DNA from: Oculina patagonica
Lineage: Eukaryota
Assembly (NCBI RefSeq): GCF_052425735.1
Contig: NC_135759.1
Location: forward strand, 40,238,001-40,302,000
DNA: 64,000 bases
Reading direction: 5' to 3'
Shown: positions 1-13,608 of the stretch, piece by piece
Layout of the letters: every line of letters starts with the position of its first letter
Position numbering within the stretch: position 1 is the stretch's first letter
The notes under the pieces: generated by a model
Databases searched by the model: none
What the model was told of the DNA's origin: nothing
The model's input: only the letters and a program-made list of their open reading frames with translations
Translations under genes and position numbers: made by a program

Positions 1-1755
1 CGCAGGTTTTTCTAACAGGTGCAGCAACTACACGAAGCTTGAGACAATTAGCTTGATGGGAGGGCGTTAAAAATCATTGTGTTCTTTATTTTGCAGCAGT
101 AGTTTTTCAGAGCACTGTGCAAAACAATTCTATAATTAGTAAGAAACAGTATTGACCTATAATAAATGAAACAAGTTTCCAGTTTTCGATCGAATTTACG
201 TATACACCAGAACCGACAAAAAAGAATAATCGCCACGATTATTAAAGTTCTTGGCCCAAGATCTAAATGTCAACTTTCATTAGTTGCCTCCATGCATTCA
301 AGTTTTTTGTTAATAGCGTCCTTTAGATTGGACTAGCAGTACGAGATTGAGTACGAGTATAGGAGTTTTCAAACCAAATTCGTGTACCTCCTATAATCAC
401 TTATCACACCAAACTTATCCCTAACGTTTATTTATGTGTTAGTAAGCAATAGGAAAGAGTTATAGTTTGGGGGATACAATTTTCTCGAAATTCCAAAGTC
501 GTACTCGTACTCGATCTCGTACTCGTAGTATAGTCAAATCTAGTGACGTCTAGTTGCGTGACGTCCCAAAAAGCGGCTGCCAGGGAGACTAAGTCAAAGC
601 TAAAGGTCGCTAATGTCAGTTCTAAAACTTTGCTGATTTATCGAGGAAGTGTAAACCTGTTTCAGTCGCGAGCAAAAGGCGACAGGCAAGGGTAGAGAAA
701 AAAAGTAGTTCCCTCTTTTTTTTTTCTCCCGTTCGCTTTCTCGTTGCGCCCGCCGCCCTGCGCCGTTTGCTGGTAACCTGGGATTAGTACGCTGGGAAAT
801 ATTCCCTAGTTGATGACTTCTTAATATTCTCGTCACCTATGTGCTTGAAAAGCTATCAATGTTGTAAGGAGAAACTCGATATTTATCTGTCTTAAGAATG
901 AGTCAATTTTACCCTTCTAGCTTGGTTTAGCCAAAACAATTTTCTGTTTAGCTAGTTCACTGCATGAACTGAGTGTTACGTGGTATAATATGCCATCAGC
1001 TGTCTCACTACATAATTGAGTGCAGCCAGTCCCGATAGAAGATAAACAAGATAAGTTAGTTGTAAGGCAATATCAGCACTGGGGCGTGAAATAATTCCAG
1101 GTTCGAGACGAAATTACAGACCATTGCCATTGGGTTCTTAAAACTGAGTCAAACGTTTATTTCAGCCATTATTCAGATTATATAGTTATCATTAAGTTAC
1201 AGTCTAGGACGGTGTAACGACCTTACTGTTTTGGCGTAAACAATTATTTTAAAAAGCAATTCTATAAGTTAAATAATTAAAAGAGTCATTTTAAATTGCA
1301 ATGTCTACTTTTCAGTTGATGGGCATCAGAGGTTTATTGAAGGTTTTTCTATGTCGTTTTACATGGTCCGAACTCAGCTGGTTTGCTGCGATATTCAAAT
1401 ACGATTTCACGGCGTTTGGCCTTTTGTCAGCTGTAGTTGATCCTGCTGTGTATTTTCTGTTGTATACAGTATTTAGTTATAAGGCACGTTTTCATCCGGC
1501 CAACTAAAGATCCACAAGAGGGTATGATGGGCAGAGTTGGTGTAGTTCTGCATTTTAGGTAAACCAATGTATCTGCTGTTAAAGATATCTTTGAATGTCT
1601 TGAATGACAAACGCGCGATTTCGTACTCTTCATTAAAGTTGTCTCCTCAGTAAAGCATCGTGAAGAATGTCCAGTGTTACACTAACTGATATTTGCACTA
1701 AATCACTGTCTTTTTACTGTAAAAGTTCTTTCTGAAAAAAGTTTTTCTACAAAGT

Positions 1756-4700
1756 TTACAGTAGGAGACCAACTCCAAAGGTGGCAGCAATCACCAGACC
1801 AATCAATACACATGCGCTGTTTGCAATACCGCTGGCCTTATTGTTACACCGGTCTTTCTCGCAGCAGCTAGCAGTGCAGTCATCGCTGTTGATGCAGGTT
1901 TTTATAAATATACCACAGCCGTCCTCATTTGTACAGCCTTGATGCAGCTCGTCTTCTGCATCGATTTTCGTGACTTTTCTCTTAAAGCATCGATTATTCG
2001 TCGGAGTACACTCGAGAGTTGATGATTTGTTACCTCCAGGCTGGCATTCTGAGAATGTGCCTGAGCAATGGTAACATTCTAGAGACCACGCTGAAAAAGA
2101 AGGAGAAAGGTGTAAGGGCCTGATTACATGAGCCGGGCTGGCTCGGTTTGCCGAGATCTCGGCACGTCTGTTAAACGCAACAAAAATCAACTTCGCGATT
2201 ACATGACAACCGGGCCAGCCCGGTTAGCCGAGATCCCGGTATCGCGATGCCGGGATCTCGGCTAGCCGGGCTGAAAATTTTCCATGTAATCGCGTTCACC
2301 GGGCCAGCCCGGCTAAGCGGGCCAGCATTTAATTTCTCTTCCGAGCACAATATCCGACGAAAAAATCAATGCTACTCCTTCTAAATAGGATGAAGAGGTA
2401 AAGTAACCCATCCAGCTGCATAAGTGCAAAACATTTAACCACCAAATTGCCGGAAAAAGGCGATCAAGATCATTCGTGCTCTGATCATTCGTGCTGAAAC
2501 CGGGCTGAAAGTCATCTCGGCTAACCGGGCTCATGTGATACCGGGCTGAAAGTCATCTCGGCAAACCGGGCCAGCCCGGCTAACCGGGCTCATGTGATAC
2601 CGGGCTGAAAGTCATCTCGGCAAACCGAGCCAGTCCGGCTAACCGGGCCAGCCCGGCTCATGTAATCAGGCCCTTGTCTTGCTTGGGGAGGCTCCACCCT
2701 GAGGACTTATCCCTTACCTTTTCGTAAACCATTTTTGACAGAAAAGGTCCCCCTTTCATATACCTTCAATAGAAAACAGTACCCCTTTGATAGGAATCTT
2801 TTCTTAATTTTTTCACTCGAATAATCCTTTCAAATACTCAAATGACCCTTAAATAAAAAGACTGTTCGGTGGGTCTGTTTAAGGCCCTTTTAAATACCTT
2901 GATGACAGTTTTTCTTACGCTTTTGTATACCCCGACTCAACACTTTTATACATCTACAACCTAAAAATGGCCCCCCTTTTGGGTGGAGCCTTCCCGTATT
3001 ACAGATCCTCTACTGTTCGGCAAGTTAACCCACTGTTGTCACATTTTTTGCTCAGTTCGCGACCACGTGACCTTGTGCGTTCATGAAAATGCCAGAAAGA
3101 AATAACTTTGTCAGTTTCCCTCAATTAATCACGCATACCGTAAAATTCCGGTTATAAGCCCCCCCGGTTATAGGCCCATCTACCTGGAAACATAAAATAC
3201 ATCCAATTATAAGCCCCCCCCGGATATAAGCCCCCCCTCTGCTGGATGACAGTACTGAACAGGGCTTAATGTTGCTTTATTATGCGTTTTTAACTTAAAA
3301 ACGTATTTCGATTAAAACTCCCGTGGCTTGTTTCGAAACGTTTTTTTTATCCCGCTTATAAGCCCTCCCGGATATAAGCCCCTCCGCTTATAAGCCCTCC
3401 CGGATATAAGCCCCTCCGCTTATAAGCCTACCCAAAAACACTTATGAAGTTGTATAAGCCCAGGGCTTATAATCGGAATTTTATGGTATTCTTTTTTATA
3501 TTTAAGAATTTTAAAAATGTCTAAAATGAGAAATATTCCACGCAGTGCTTTTTTAAAAATTTGAACAAACTTGAACCTTTTTTGCGGAAGCTGTTGTGCT
3601 AATTCGATAGTTAACTCGTCAATCTTTAAACAACGCTGTTGTCGAATTCGATCAAAGCAATTTACGGCATATCCCGCCAGCATGGCCATACTGCACTTAT
3701 GCAAATTCGACAAACTCATTGAGCCTTGGTTCGTCCTTCGCGCTTGGCGGCTTTGCTGATATTTTAATATGGTTGAAAAGCGCCAGATGCCAGGTAAACT
3801 TTGGCTCAATTGTATATATAACGTATGTTATAACCTGGGCGTTTTGTCAGTTTTTAATATTGAGTTTCAGACACAATTTGTTATATACTTGAATCGCAGG
3901 TGCATAATCTGTCAGCTGTCACAATGAGTCATTAAGTTGAATGTAAGTTGTCATCCGAATGAAATAAAATGCTGTATCCCTTACATAACAATGGAACAAG
4001 CGAACATAGCTTTTAAAATTTTAGAAAATAAACTACGATGTTTGAAGGGGGTTTTAAACTACTTCTTGAAAATATTTTTAACCAATCGCTCTGCAGTCGT
4101 GGTAATCAATGGTTTACGTTTTGATTGACAGCAAAGTATGATCTCGTGACAAATAAGATCAGTCGGCCTTCCAATACGAATATCGAATATATTTAATATT
4201 TAGACCTGAATTGCCCAAAACGCGAAGTGTGGCGTAAGCGACCAAGTATATTTTGAAACGATTCGCAGATTCTTACCTTTTTACCCCTCATATATTTCAT
4301 ATTTATAACTTAAAGGCTTCCTCCAAGTCTGTGAAAACATCCGTTTGAACATTAGTGAAAATGCAAAAAGCGTACGCATTCAATTTGCCGCAAACGCTAA
4401 TGGCCTCTTTTAAGTGCATATTCAGGCAGATCGCATGACTTTTACGGATACAAAATCATTTGTATAAAGCCAGTGCTGGAAAATTCTGCATATCAAAGTA
4501 TACTGCTCCAATCACATTTCTTTGCTACTCTTGCGGATAAATGCAAATGAGCACTTTATGGCTTTTAACGCCAATAGGTTTTGTTGACATTTTGCTAACA
4601 TTTAACGGGTATTTCAATGTAGCCAGTACCGGAAAATTCCGTAAATAGCCCCTGCGCTTATATTTGCTTAACCTCCCTTCCAGGGGCTGATTTTCAGGGT

Positions 4701-5929
4701 TTGGGAGGGCCATGAGCCCATTTATTTTCGGCTGGAAATCCGCGTTTTTTAAAAACATATTTGGGTTTCTATTTGGACAAGATACCTCTAATACTAGGAG
4801 AAGTGGGTGCATATAAAAATTGGACATGGTAAAATTCTAAACATTACGACATGAAATCCAATACAAGTCCTACAGTCGTTTAACAAAAGTTTCTGGTCTC
4901 TGAGCATACTCTTACAACGTAAAAATACAAAACGAGCTTTATGGTAGGTCAGTGCTTACAGTTCAGGAGAGCATATTTTCAAAAGGATTTTTAGGGGGCT
5001 TTTTTTGGGGGGGGGGGGGCTATTTTCGGTCAGGGGGTAGGGGTCATTTTCGGAATTTTCGGTATTTCAGTGACGACTTTTTTAAGATTAAATAAACGTT
5101 TCAAAGATAATAATGAAACCCTTGAGGTAAAAGACCTTTCCTGAGAAAATAAAATCTGAACTGACTCTTGTATAAAATAAACTTTTGCCTGAGGCAATGT
5201 TCTTTTGACTTTTGAGCAGAGCGAAGTTTAGCGGAGAAATATAATTTTACGATAATATACAAACACCTTATTGCCTTACTGTGGATTTGGTTTAATAAAA
5301 ATTTGATCATGACAGAACGCAATTTCTTGGCACTGGTTTTTATAAATCGACCGGGGATGCTTTTCCCAGAGCTGCAGTCTTGCACGAAAAGCCGTAATGG
5401 CCAATGAAGTAAATTTGTTTTTATAATACAGCATGTACAGCGATATAGAAAATGTATACCAATCTTTAGTAAAGCAAAGGTTCGATGAGCCGTATTGGTT
5501 TGCAAATCGAAGTGCGACCAGCGACCGTGTTTTAAACCGCCGAGAGACCTTGCTGTTGTATACGACTAGAAATTTGAATAAACAACAACGTATGTTACAC
5601 TTAGGTTATGTGTCTATCGCCTGAATGTATATTTTCACTGAAAGAGACGACTTTTTAGAATTATGTCTGAATTCACAACCGCGATTCACAGTCAAAAATA
5701 CAAGATTGGCACGCTTTGAAACACAACTAACATGACCGAATCACTAAACCCGACAAATGAAAACAATAATAATTTTCGCCGAAGTAGCTACAATCACGTA
5801 AACGCTTCGACCCAATGCTGGTACTAAACCGACGCTCAAATACAGAAAAGCAAAATTAGTCGTTCTATTGATGTACTTACCAAATTCCGGTACAATAACT
5901 AAGCACAAAAGGATCACGACACAATTCAT
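1756..5929 (-). CDS. LU gene 1: Ly6/uPAR (three-finger) domain protein, signal peptide + 12-Cys LU + GPI-type tail, 127 aa; exons 5929-5881 and 2090-1756
   Basis: Exon 1 MNCVVILLCLVIVPEF ends G|GTAAGT. Acceptor tctttttcag| at 2091 joins in phase 1 to AWSLECYHCSGTFSECQ...RCFKRKV...QGCTNEDGCGIFIKTCINSDDCTASCCEKDRCNN, followed by a hydrophobic C-terminus (ACVLIGLVIAATFGVGLLL*). LxCYxC start and CCxxxxCN end are LU hallmarks. Confidence 0.9.
2116..2673. mobile_element. PIF/Harbinger-type MITE in intron of LU gene 1
   Basis: TIR GGGCCTGATTACATGAGCCGGGCTGGC, TAA on the left flank, internal CCGGGCT/GGCTAACCG repeats. Confidence 0.8.
3138..3486. mobile_element. Tc1/mariner-type MITE (CCGTAAAATTCCG TIR, TA TSD)
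   Basis: TA-CCGTAAAATTCCGGTTATAAGCCC ... GGGCTTATAATCGGAATTTTATGG-TA. A second copy lies inverted at 33771-34109. Confidence 0.85.
4629..5062. mobile_element. Tc1/mariner-type MITE
   Basis: TA-CCGGAAAATTCCG ... CGGAATTTTCGG-TA. Confidence 0.7.
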
Positions 5930-7200
5930 ATTTTTGATGCACCTTTCTTGCTCTCCAGTCGCCGTTGCGGTGAGCGGTGACAAAATAATTTGCATGACTA
6001 TGCAAAACAGAGAGCTTTTTAATGCCCAAGCAAGGGTGGCAAGGGGAAATGATGTACTTTGTTTTGATTAAAATTTCATTTGCTGAAATTATCGCATTGT
6101 TATGGCTTTGATGACAACATTAAATAAACGACGTAAGCAACAGGTTGCGGTATTAAAGTGGTTTTATTTTTGGAAAACAATATGAAAAGTTACGGGTCAA
6201 TATTTTAGTTGGCTACGCAACGTGACCATAAAATATTATGACTAACGTGACACTACCTTGTTTTATAAGGTTTTCGTGGTTTCTAAAAATAACGAAATTT
6301 TGTAAGTCACGAATTCGAAAAGAGGCACGGAAATTTAAATTGGTACAGAGCGTTTTCACTTACACGACCAGCGACCATATTGGTTTACTAAAACAAAAGA
6401 TAATGCATAAAAATGGAATTCCATTCCCGGAGGAATGGTTTGGTACACCAATATTGCCCGCCGTTCCTTTGTTTTGGAACACCAATATGGCTGCCGTGAC
6501 GTCATATGAAATCGTTCTTTCGCGGAAATTCAATGTAAATATACGTCAAGTTAAATACAGTTTGGGTTTTCTATTCTGTTCACTAGCTTTTCTAGAGTCT
6601 TTGATCTGTAATCAAGAAGAGTTTCCACAAAGTATACGAACTTTCAACTGTCACCGAAATATCGACCTTGAAAATCGCGCTAAATAAGTTAATTCTATGC
6701 ACATTTCCCCACATATTATGTAAGTTGTGATTTTCAAAGTGTATATATTTTGAACTGTTAGGGACAAAACAAAAAATAATGAAATACTGTCAGGGCGTCA
6801 AAGGTCGGCTATGAAATTCCGGCGTCAAATTATATTATCCGGCCTCCAGAAAACATAACCAAACTGCCAACTAACAGAAAACTTGTCATATGATAGTCGT
6901 CGAAAGATCATCTCTCCCTCGTTTTTTTCTGCTGAGTTAAAAAACTCTAAAGGAAAAAAACTTTGAACAAAAAGTGCACTACTTGATCACATTTAATTAA
7001 TGCAATAATTATGTCCACGGCTGGTTGCAATCCTGCTGTATCGGTTCTAGTCGTGTTGGTGTCCCGCTAAGTCTACTTTTCTCAGGTAGTATGATCAGCT
7101 TTTCAACTGTGATGAAAAGGTGAAAGTGGTTTACGGCGTGAGAAGGGGTGGTACCCTAGCCCGAGACTGATCGTAGAGTCACGTCGTAGACTGATCGTTA

Positions 7201-7674
7201 CCGTAATAATACGATTTAGCGCCCGGGGCGCTTATTTACTTTTGGGCACCTTAAGGGAGGGCGCTTATTCGAGACAGGGCGCTTATTCGGGACAGGGCGC
7301 TTATTTAATTTTTTGCGAAACAACCAAATGTTCAAAACAAAACTTTAATATATATTGAAATAATTAAGAATAACATAAACTGTAACAGTAAGAAATTGTT
7401 GAAAGTTCAGTTACTTTTACAATAATTGTTCATTTTAGCAGTGAATATATACTTGTACTGATGGTGAATGTTCATGAGTTTATCTTTTCGACGTCGACGA
7501 CTTCAGTAGGGGCAGTTAACCACAATCGGAGTGCTTTTTAAAATAAGGGCGCGTATAAGAATGGGGACGCTTATTGGAATAGGGGCACTTATTAACAAAC
7601 ACACATTCGAAGGGGGGCGCTTATTTGGAAAGGGGCGCTTATTGGAAGGAGGGCGCTAAATCGAATCATTACGG
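7201..7674. mobile_element. Tc1/mariner-type MITE (GGGCGCTTATT subterminal repeats)
   Basis: TA-CCGTAATAATACGATTTAGCGCCC ... GGGCGCTAAATCGAATCATTACGG-TA. Confidence 0.8.
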
Positions 7675-8630
7675 TAATCTCGTTTCCAGGGCATCTCCGC
7701 TTTCACAATCAACCGCCATCTTGAAAGCGGAGATGCTGCCAAGGTTGCCAGTCGACTGTCATTGCCTGATGAAGACTACCTTGAGTTTGCACATGGTTTG
7801 CACTTGAAACGATACGAATCTGACTACATCGCGAGACAAATACTCTTTTTCTTTGGCCATCGCAGTTTAACTAAAAATAACACGCAAACTGCGGTGATGA
7901 ACATTAAGGACAAACGCATTGTTAGAAAAAAATAGACCTTTTACTTGACGTTTCGTATGTTTCAACATACATCTTGAGAAGCTTGAAGTAACCGTTAAAA
8001 TGAACTGAGTACAACTAAATTTAAATTCGAAAAACAATAGGATTGACAGATGACGAAAAACAGATGATGAAAAAAATAATAATAATAAAATAAAATACAA
8101 TGAAATAACGATTTGCACAAAACAAATTGAGCAAACTAGTAAAGATAAAGATTTTCGCTGCCCACATTATCATTAAGGGCAGGTTTTAAATCTCTTATCA
8201 GCAAATTCTCCTTTATTTTTTAATGGATATCTGTCCACTGATATCTGACCATTGCAAAATAAAGGAGACTTTGCTGACTAAGAGATTTGTTTTGTGCAAA
8301 TCGTTATTTTAGTTAACTAAGTGATTTTTCAAGTGAAAAGTTAAGAAAAAAGGTATGTGAAAGGGGTACCATTTTCTATCGAAGGTAAGATTTTGGACCT
8401 TGAGACGGGGCCTCCCCGTACAAAATATCTTTGAGTACGCCACCCCTCTCCTCCCCCACCGCGCCAGGGTGTAGGATACGTAAAAATAGGGCTTTCCACA
8501 AGTTGCTCGAGTTTTCCCAAAAAGTTACCCGTTATTTCTCCAAAAGTTGCCCAAACGTTGCCCCCAAAATCCAAAAAAGTTGCTTTTTATAATCAAAACA
8601 ATTTCTCTAAATACAGTCAACTCTCTCTAA

Positions 8631-9821
8631 GAGACCGGTCATTATTTATCGCCTGGGGGGGAGCGGAGGATTTTGGGATAAACATGGTGAAATTTAGGTG
8701 ATCCCCTCTTTAAACGTTATTCCATAAAGTGATCCCCCCTCATTACTATTGATTACTTTCGTGATCCCCCCCCCCCCTCGATGTCTTTGCATCCATTGCA
8801 TATTCAGTTACCGGTTATGGAGCCTTGACAAAAATATCTTCTGCCAAACCAACACTCCATGAGATTGAAGATGTTTTGTAACAGCATAGCCAACAGATTA
8901 ACGACTCTGTGTTTCGTCGCAAGTAATCTGGGTTCAGGAACTAGTTGCTTGAACACTGAACAGCAAATGCGATGGGCGCTAAACATGCTAAACATAGATC
9001 TAGAGGAGCCGTCAAACAAAGCGAATAGTTTTCCTAAAGAGTGGGAAGTACGGAGTGTACCAAAACATTAATAAGTTCATTTGAGGCATAATAAAGAGTT
9101 GCATTCGAAGGCGATAAGTTCGCCTATTTAGTACCCGAAACCTGAGAACCCTGTACCCGGAACCTCAGTCCGCTACTATAGGTTTACAAGAGCCGGACCA
9201 ATCTCTAGGAGAGGCGACAAATGCTTCATGTTTAAAGCAGCTACGTCGCGGACAACACAATCCCCATATTGAAAAAATTGGCAAGTTTGTTGTTTGTAAT
9301 CCGTCCTAATCTTCGTCAGTCGAAACCAACCTCGGTTATTTTCGCATATTTATTACTCCTTTGTTGTTTTTCTATGTTAGAAAACTATTATTTTGAGGTT
9401 TACTTCCTTTTGGAAGTAATCAAAAAAATTACGTAGACTGCCGTGACATTGCTCCTTTAAACAAACATGCTATTTCACAATGTTTCAGTTATCAGGTTCA
9501 CAATTTAGAATTCACCTGTCATGTTCAAAGATGAATATTAGCTAAGCACGTTTTTAAAGGAAAAATATAAAAAGTGTTAACACAAAACGTTCTAGATATA
9601 AATTGAAATGTACACATTCCACAATGTATTTTGTATGCTCTCAAACTTGCATTATCCAAACAGATTTGAGTTGCCCTGCATCTGATTCCTCACAAAATTT
9701 TCAATGATCCCTCCTTTTGGGCTCTCAGTTACGACTGATCCCCCCTTCTGTTCATCTATAATTCAAGTGATCCACCCCAAAATCCTCCGCTCCCCCCAGG
9801 CGATAAATAATGACCGGTCCC
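8631..9821. mobile_element. PIF/Harbinger-type MITE (nest level 3)
   Basis: TIR G(A/G)GACCGGTCATTATTTATCGCCTGGGGGG..GCGGAGGATTTTGGG; TAA TSD at 8628-8630 and 9822-9824. Confidence 0.85.
9236..9456. mobile_element. TTAA-flanked Kolobok-like MITE (nest level 4)
   Basis: TTAA-AGCAGCTACGTCGCGG ... CCGTGACATTGCTCCT-TTAA; homologous copy at 53993-54381. Confidence 0.7.
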
Positions 9822-12800
9822 TAAGACGGACACCTTGGGGACTGGTCGCAGCTGTCCGTCTTAGAGAGGTGTCCGCTCTGTAGAGAGTCGAGGTAACATG
9901 ACACCAGTAATTCTGAGATAATAAAGCTAAACATTTGCACAATGCAACAAACCTTTGCCAACTGCAACAAGATTACAATAATAAAAGAACCGTATTTGCT
10001 TTTTAAAGCAAAAATTGAGAGCTTCTACGCAAACTGTAATACTGTAAGTAGAAAACGACCTCTTTAGTGTTCATACACGTAAGCAGAAAAGTAACCTGAT
10101 AAAGCGTCATATACACGTATCCTTGGGGCCCAGAGAAACTTTGCTTTAGGTCGATACGAAGTTTGGAAGTATTTTCACTAATAAAACATGATGAAAAAAC
10201 ACTTCTCAAGTGTCCGCTAATGATTTCAAGTGTCCGTCGTCCGCCTTAAAGAGGTGTCCGTCTTATAGGGAGTTTGGTTACAGTAAAATGACTGAGAAAC
10301 GGCAGGGACCGTCACCAGGTGTCCGTCTTATGGAGGTGTCCGTCTTATAGAGGTGTCCGTTAAGAGAGAGTTGACTGTGTATGCTAATTTCCCTTTGAGG
10401 GTAAGATTTCTAAGTCGTTTTATGCAATTTTACAGCATAAGATGTATCTAAATAACACATTAAGGGGAAAATTTGATAAATAACAAGGAATTTTTAACTG
10501 AGAAAAATCGTGGATATCGATGACGTCATGTTTGCTGACGAGTGTTGTAATATTTTAATGCAGAATGAGCCGAAAGTTGAAACGTCCTCAGATGTTCCTC
10601 GTTAATCTTCGGCAAACTTCGTAAATCTTCGGAAACGTTCGTATGACCTTTGAACAACATTCGGATAATCTTCGGAGATCTTCGGTCTGGAAATTGCTCA
10701 AAATGCAACAAGTTGCTCGAGAGGAAAAAAGTTGCTCGAAATATGAAAGGTTGCCAAAAAGCTGCCAAGCTACTTGAGGAAAGCCCTACGTACAAACGGC
10801 AAATTTCGAAAACCGCATGAAAGTTAAACCGGTTAATGCTAATAAACATGTTAATAATTAATTAACACTAAAACCTACATATTGAAAACTCGTCTCTAAA
10901 ATCTAAATGCCGAAAACTGAAAGTACATGCAGTTGAAACTGACATGCGTGATGAAAAAGCTTCGACATATCGATCTATTTCCCAAAATCATTGAGTTTTG
11001 TTTACGATTCAATAAGTTTGGAAGAAAAATGTGTAAATCCATGTTACTATTGAAAAGTTGGTTTCGTGAGGTGTAATCAAACCGATCAAAGCATAAAATA
11101 ATCTCCTATTATTCATAATATTTCTGTTTCGAGTAAGTGTAATTAGAAATTGAGAATTTCTTATTACACTCGCTCGAAACGGGAATATTTTGACAAATAT
11201 GAGATTCTTAATTAAAACACGCAAACATCACTGTGAGAAAGAATTAAAAAGTTTCGGTGAGATGAAAGGACACTGTGTCATGCAACTTGTTTACAAGTTG
11301 ATTTGTTATAGTTACCAAGAATCGTACGTGATCAAAACCTTTAAACTAGATTCTATTGAAAGTTTGTCGTACTATAGCTAATACCTCCCAATGTAGAGAG
11401 CTTTAAAAATTAAAATCCAAAACAAAATAAACAACACGGAAAATTAAATATAACAAGAAACAGAAGAAATACGACTTATATCAATGCACCCAAACTCGGA
11501 GTTTGAAATTATGTTGATTTTTTTCAATATAGGCTCTCGCTTTTTGTCAAATTGACTCCTTAGCTTGTAACTGTTTTTGTTAGCTGTCTAGTCTTAAAAG
11601 TACCCCTACTGTTAATCTTAATTGGTCTTGTTCAAGATTGTTCGCGAAAAATCACTGATTTGACCTTGAAAAGTAACCAGTTATTCAGTTGCGAAAGACT
11701 GAAATCGGAAAAGAAGATTTTCTAAATCCAACTCGAGATTTAAGTATAAAAGGTTAGCTTCACGGGGACATTTTACTTCAGTTTGTATAAAGAACGCATG
11801 AAACTGTAACGTTTCCCAACGGAAATAAATAATATAAACAAATTTTGAACAAAACAGCAAATTAGGACTGACTCATATATCTTCAGCTGGCGAGCATTTT
11901 TTTGAGTAAGGAGTGGTAAATAGGATGGGCTACATTGCTTTAGTTTGAGTTTGATTTGTTATTAAAGTTACCAAGACTTCTTTGTAAAAATATTGTAAGG
12001 CACACATACGAATTTTGAATATGCATGAGAGCTCTAAAAGCTCAAGTGAAAAAATACAGGACATTTAATATGGAAAATACAAAAGGCAGAAAAAAACTTT
12101 TGTCAATTCGTTAGTAACCGTCAGTTGTTATTACAACTTTTGGGATCTTAGCGAAGTATTCTCTGTGACTCTGAACATTGTTTTATCACCTGCAGATTCG
12201 TTTCCAAGGAGTCTGTAACATGCAAACTCTTCGTTAAGTGGTAGGAGACCAGCTAGCGGCAGTTGGGATGAACAAAAAATGTCTGGAGTAGTTTAATTTA
12301 CGGTTTTGTTTCGTTTTCAATGAGTTTTTATCCTGCCAGGGTCTCAAATAAACCTACACGTGAAACTAAACGGTGTGTTCATTAGAAACGTGACTTGAGA
12401 CGAAGCGTCTTGTGGACTTTTCACAACGGGCCCTCCAGTGTTTATTTTTCACAAATGACTCTCCAGCCTGTGGCTACATTAGTTAGCTGGGAATACTAAG
12501 AAGCTAATGCAGCCTTTTGCAGTCAATTTAAAATTATTGTTTTAATTTTAACAAAGCATCTCAATTGATCTAAAACAAATTATTGTCTACAAAACGTAGA
12601 ATTAAAAAAAAAAGTTTGAAAAAAAAAAAAAAATTGTAAAACATATCTAAATAGAAAATCGTCTGTAAATCCAGGTCGATTAGAAATTCATGAAAAACCG
12701 ATCCTTTGTATCACTTTAATGTTTTTAGCATAATAAGCGTACTTGATTGAAATATTTAAATTGGATACCATCTTAAGGAAGGTTGCTATAAATACCAATT

Positions 12801-13480
12801 TGAGAAATTTATGCGAATTGGCTCTAAAAGACAAAAAGAAGAACATGGAAAATTAAACATAAAAAACCCCTGAGATTTAAATGAAAACTCTTGCTAGCAA
12901 CCGGTCTGTTGTCCCAGATTTTGGAATATTAACAAAGTAGTTCTCTCCTTAATCACCTGTCGCGTTTGCAGTGAGCTTGAATCATGCAAACATTTCGTTA
13001 AGTACCAGAAGGGAGCAGTAAAGATTTTAAAAACAAACAATTCTGTGGTGTTAAGTTCATTCATACGCTGCTTTATTTTTAAAAATTTCTCAGGCAGACA
13101 CCTTCGCGTGAAACTTTGACTCTTCTTGAATGGCACGACGAAAGAAAGAGAAGAAAAAAAGGAACATTTTTTAAAGTATTAAATCGTCTGCAGTTTGCTT
13201 TAATTTTCAAAAGTTAACAAAAGAGTCTTTGAAGCGCCGACACCTGTCGCGTGACGCACGCCGATTGTAATAAGATCGATCACGGATGATGCCAGCGTGA
13301 TGCCAAATGATCCTAATTAGTTTTCCATTCAACAAATTAAACCTTTTTTCAAACCGTTGTTGTGTTTCTTATTCTGAATATGGCATCATTTTCCCGATGT
13401 TTTGCTTTGTGACGCAACCTTGTACTGTCTCCATGACTTCGGAAAAAAAACTAAGCCGTACCAGTATATTTTCTTGAAAT

Positions 13481-13535
13481 CCAATTGGTTGAAAGTCTGG
13501 AGGTAAGCCTTATATATCAATTACAGGGGCGGAAA
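13481..13535 (+). promoter_or_regulatory. Putative core promoter of LU gene 2 (CCAAT, TATA-like, GC box)
   Basis: CCAAT at 13481, TATATAT at about 13511 and GGGGCGG at about 13526, all 80-130 nt upstream of the ATG. Confidence 0.45.
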
Positions 13536-13608
13536 AAAATTAATCGGTTTTTTGGCGCTGTCTCTGAGCAAAGACAACAAGTTACAACTGCTTTACAGAA
13601 AAAACAAG

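Larger units (their letters stand above)
8614..10377. mobile_element. pogo/Tc1-mariner-type MITE (nest level 2)
   Basis: TA-CAGTCAACTCTCTC ... GAGAGAGTTGACTG; internal GTGTCCGTCTTA repeats. Confidence 0.8.
8487..10788. mobile_element. hAT-type non-autonomous element (outermost layer of a 4-level nest)
   Basis: TIR TAGGGCTTTCC.CAAGT; 8-bp TSD CGTAAAAA / CGTACAAA. Confidence 0.75.

Noticed and set aside
6238-6687. 149-aa ORF upstream of LU gene 1
   Set aside because: It runs through a small inverted-repeat element (about 6346-6515) and has no recognisable domain or splice support.
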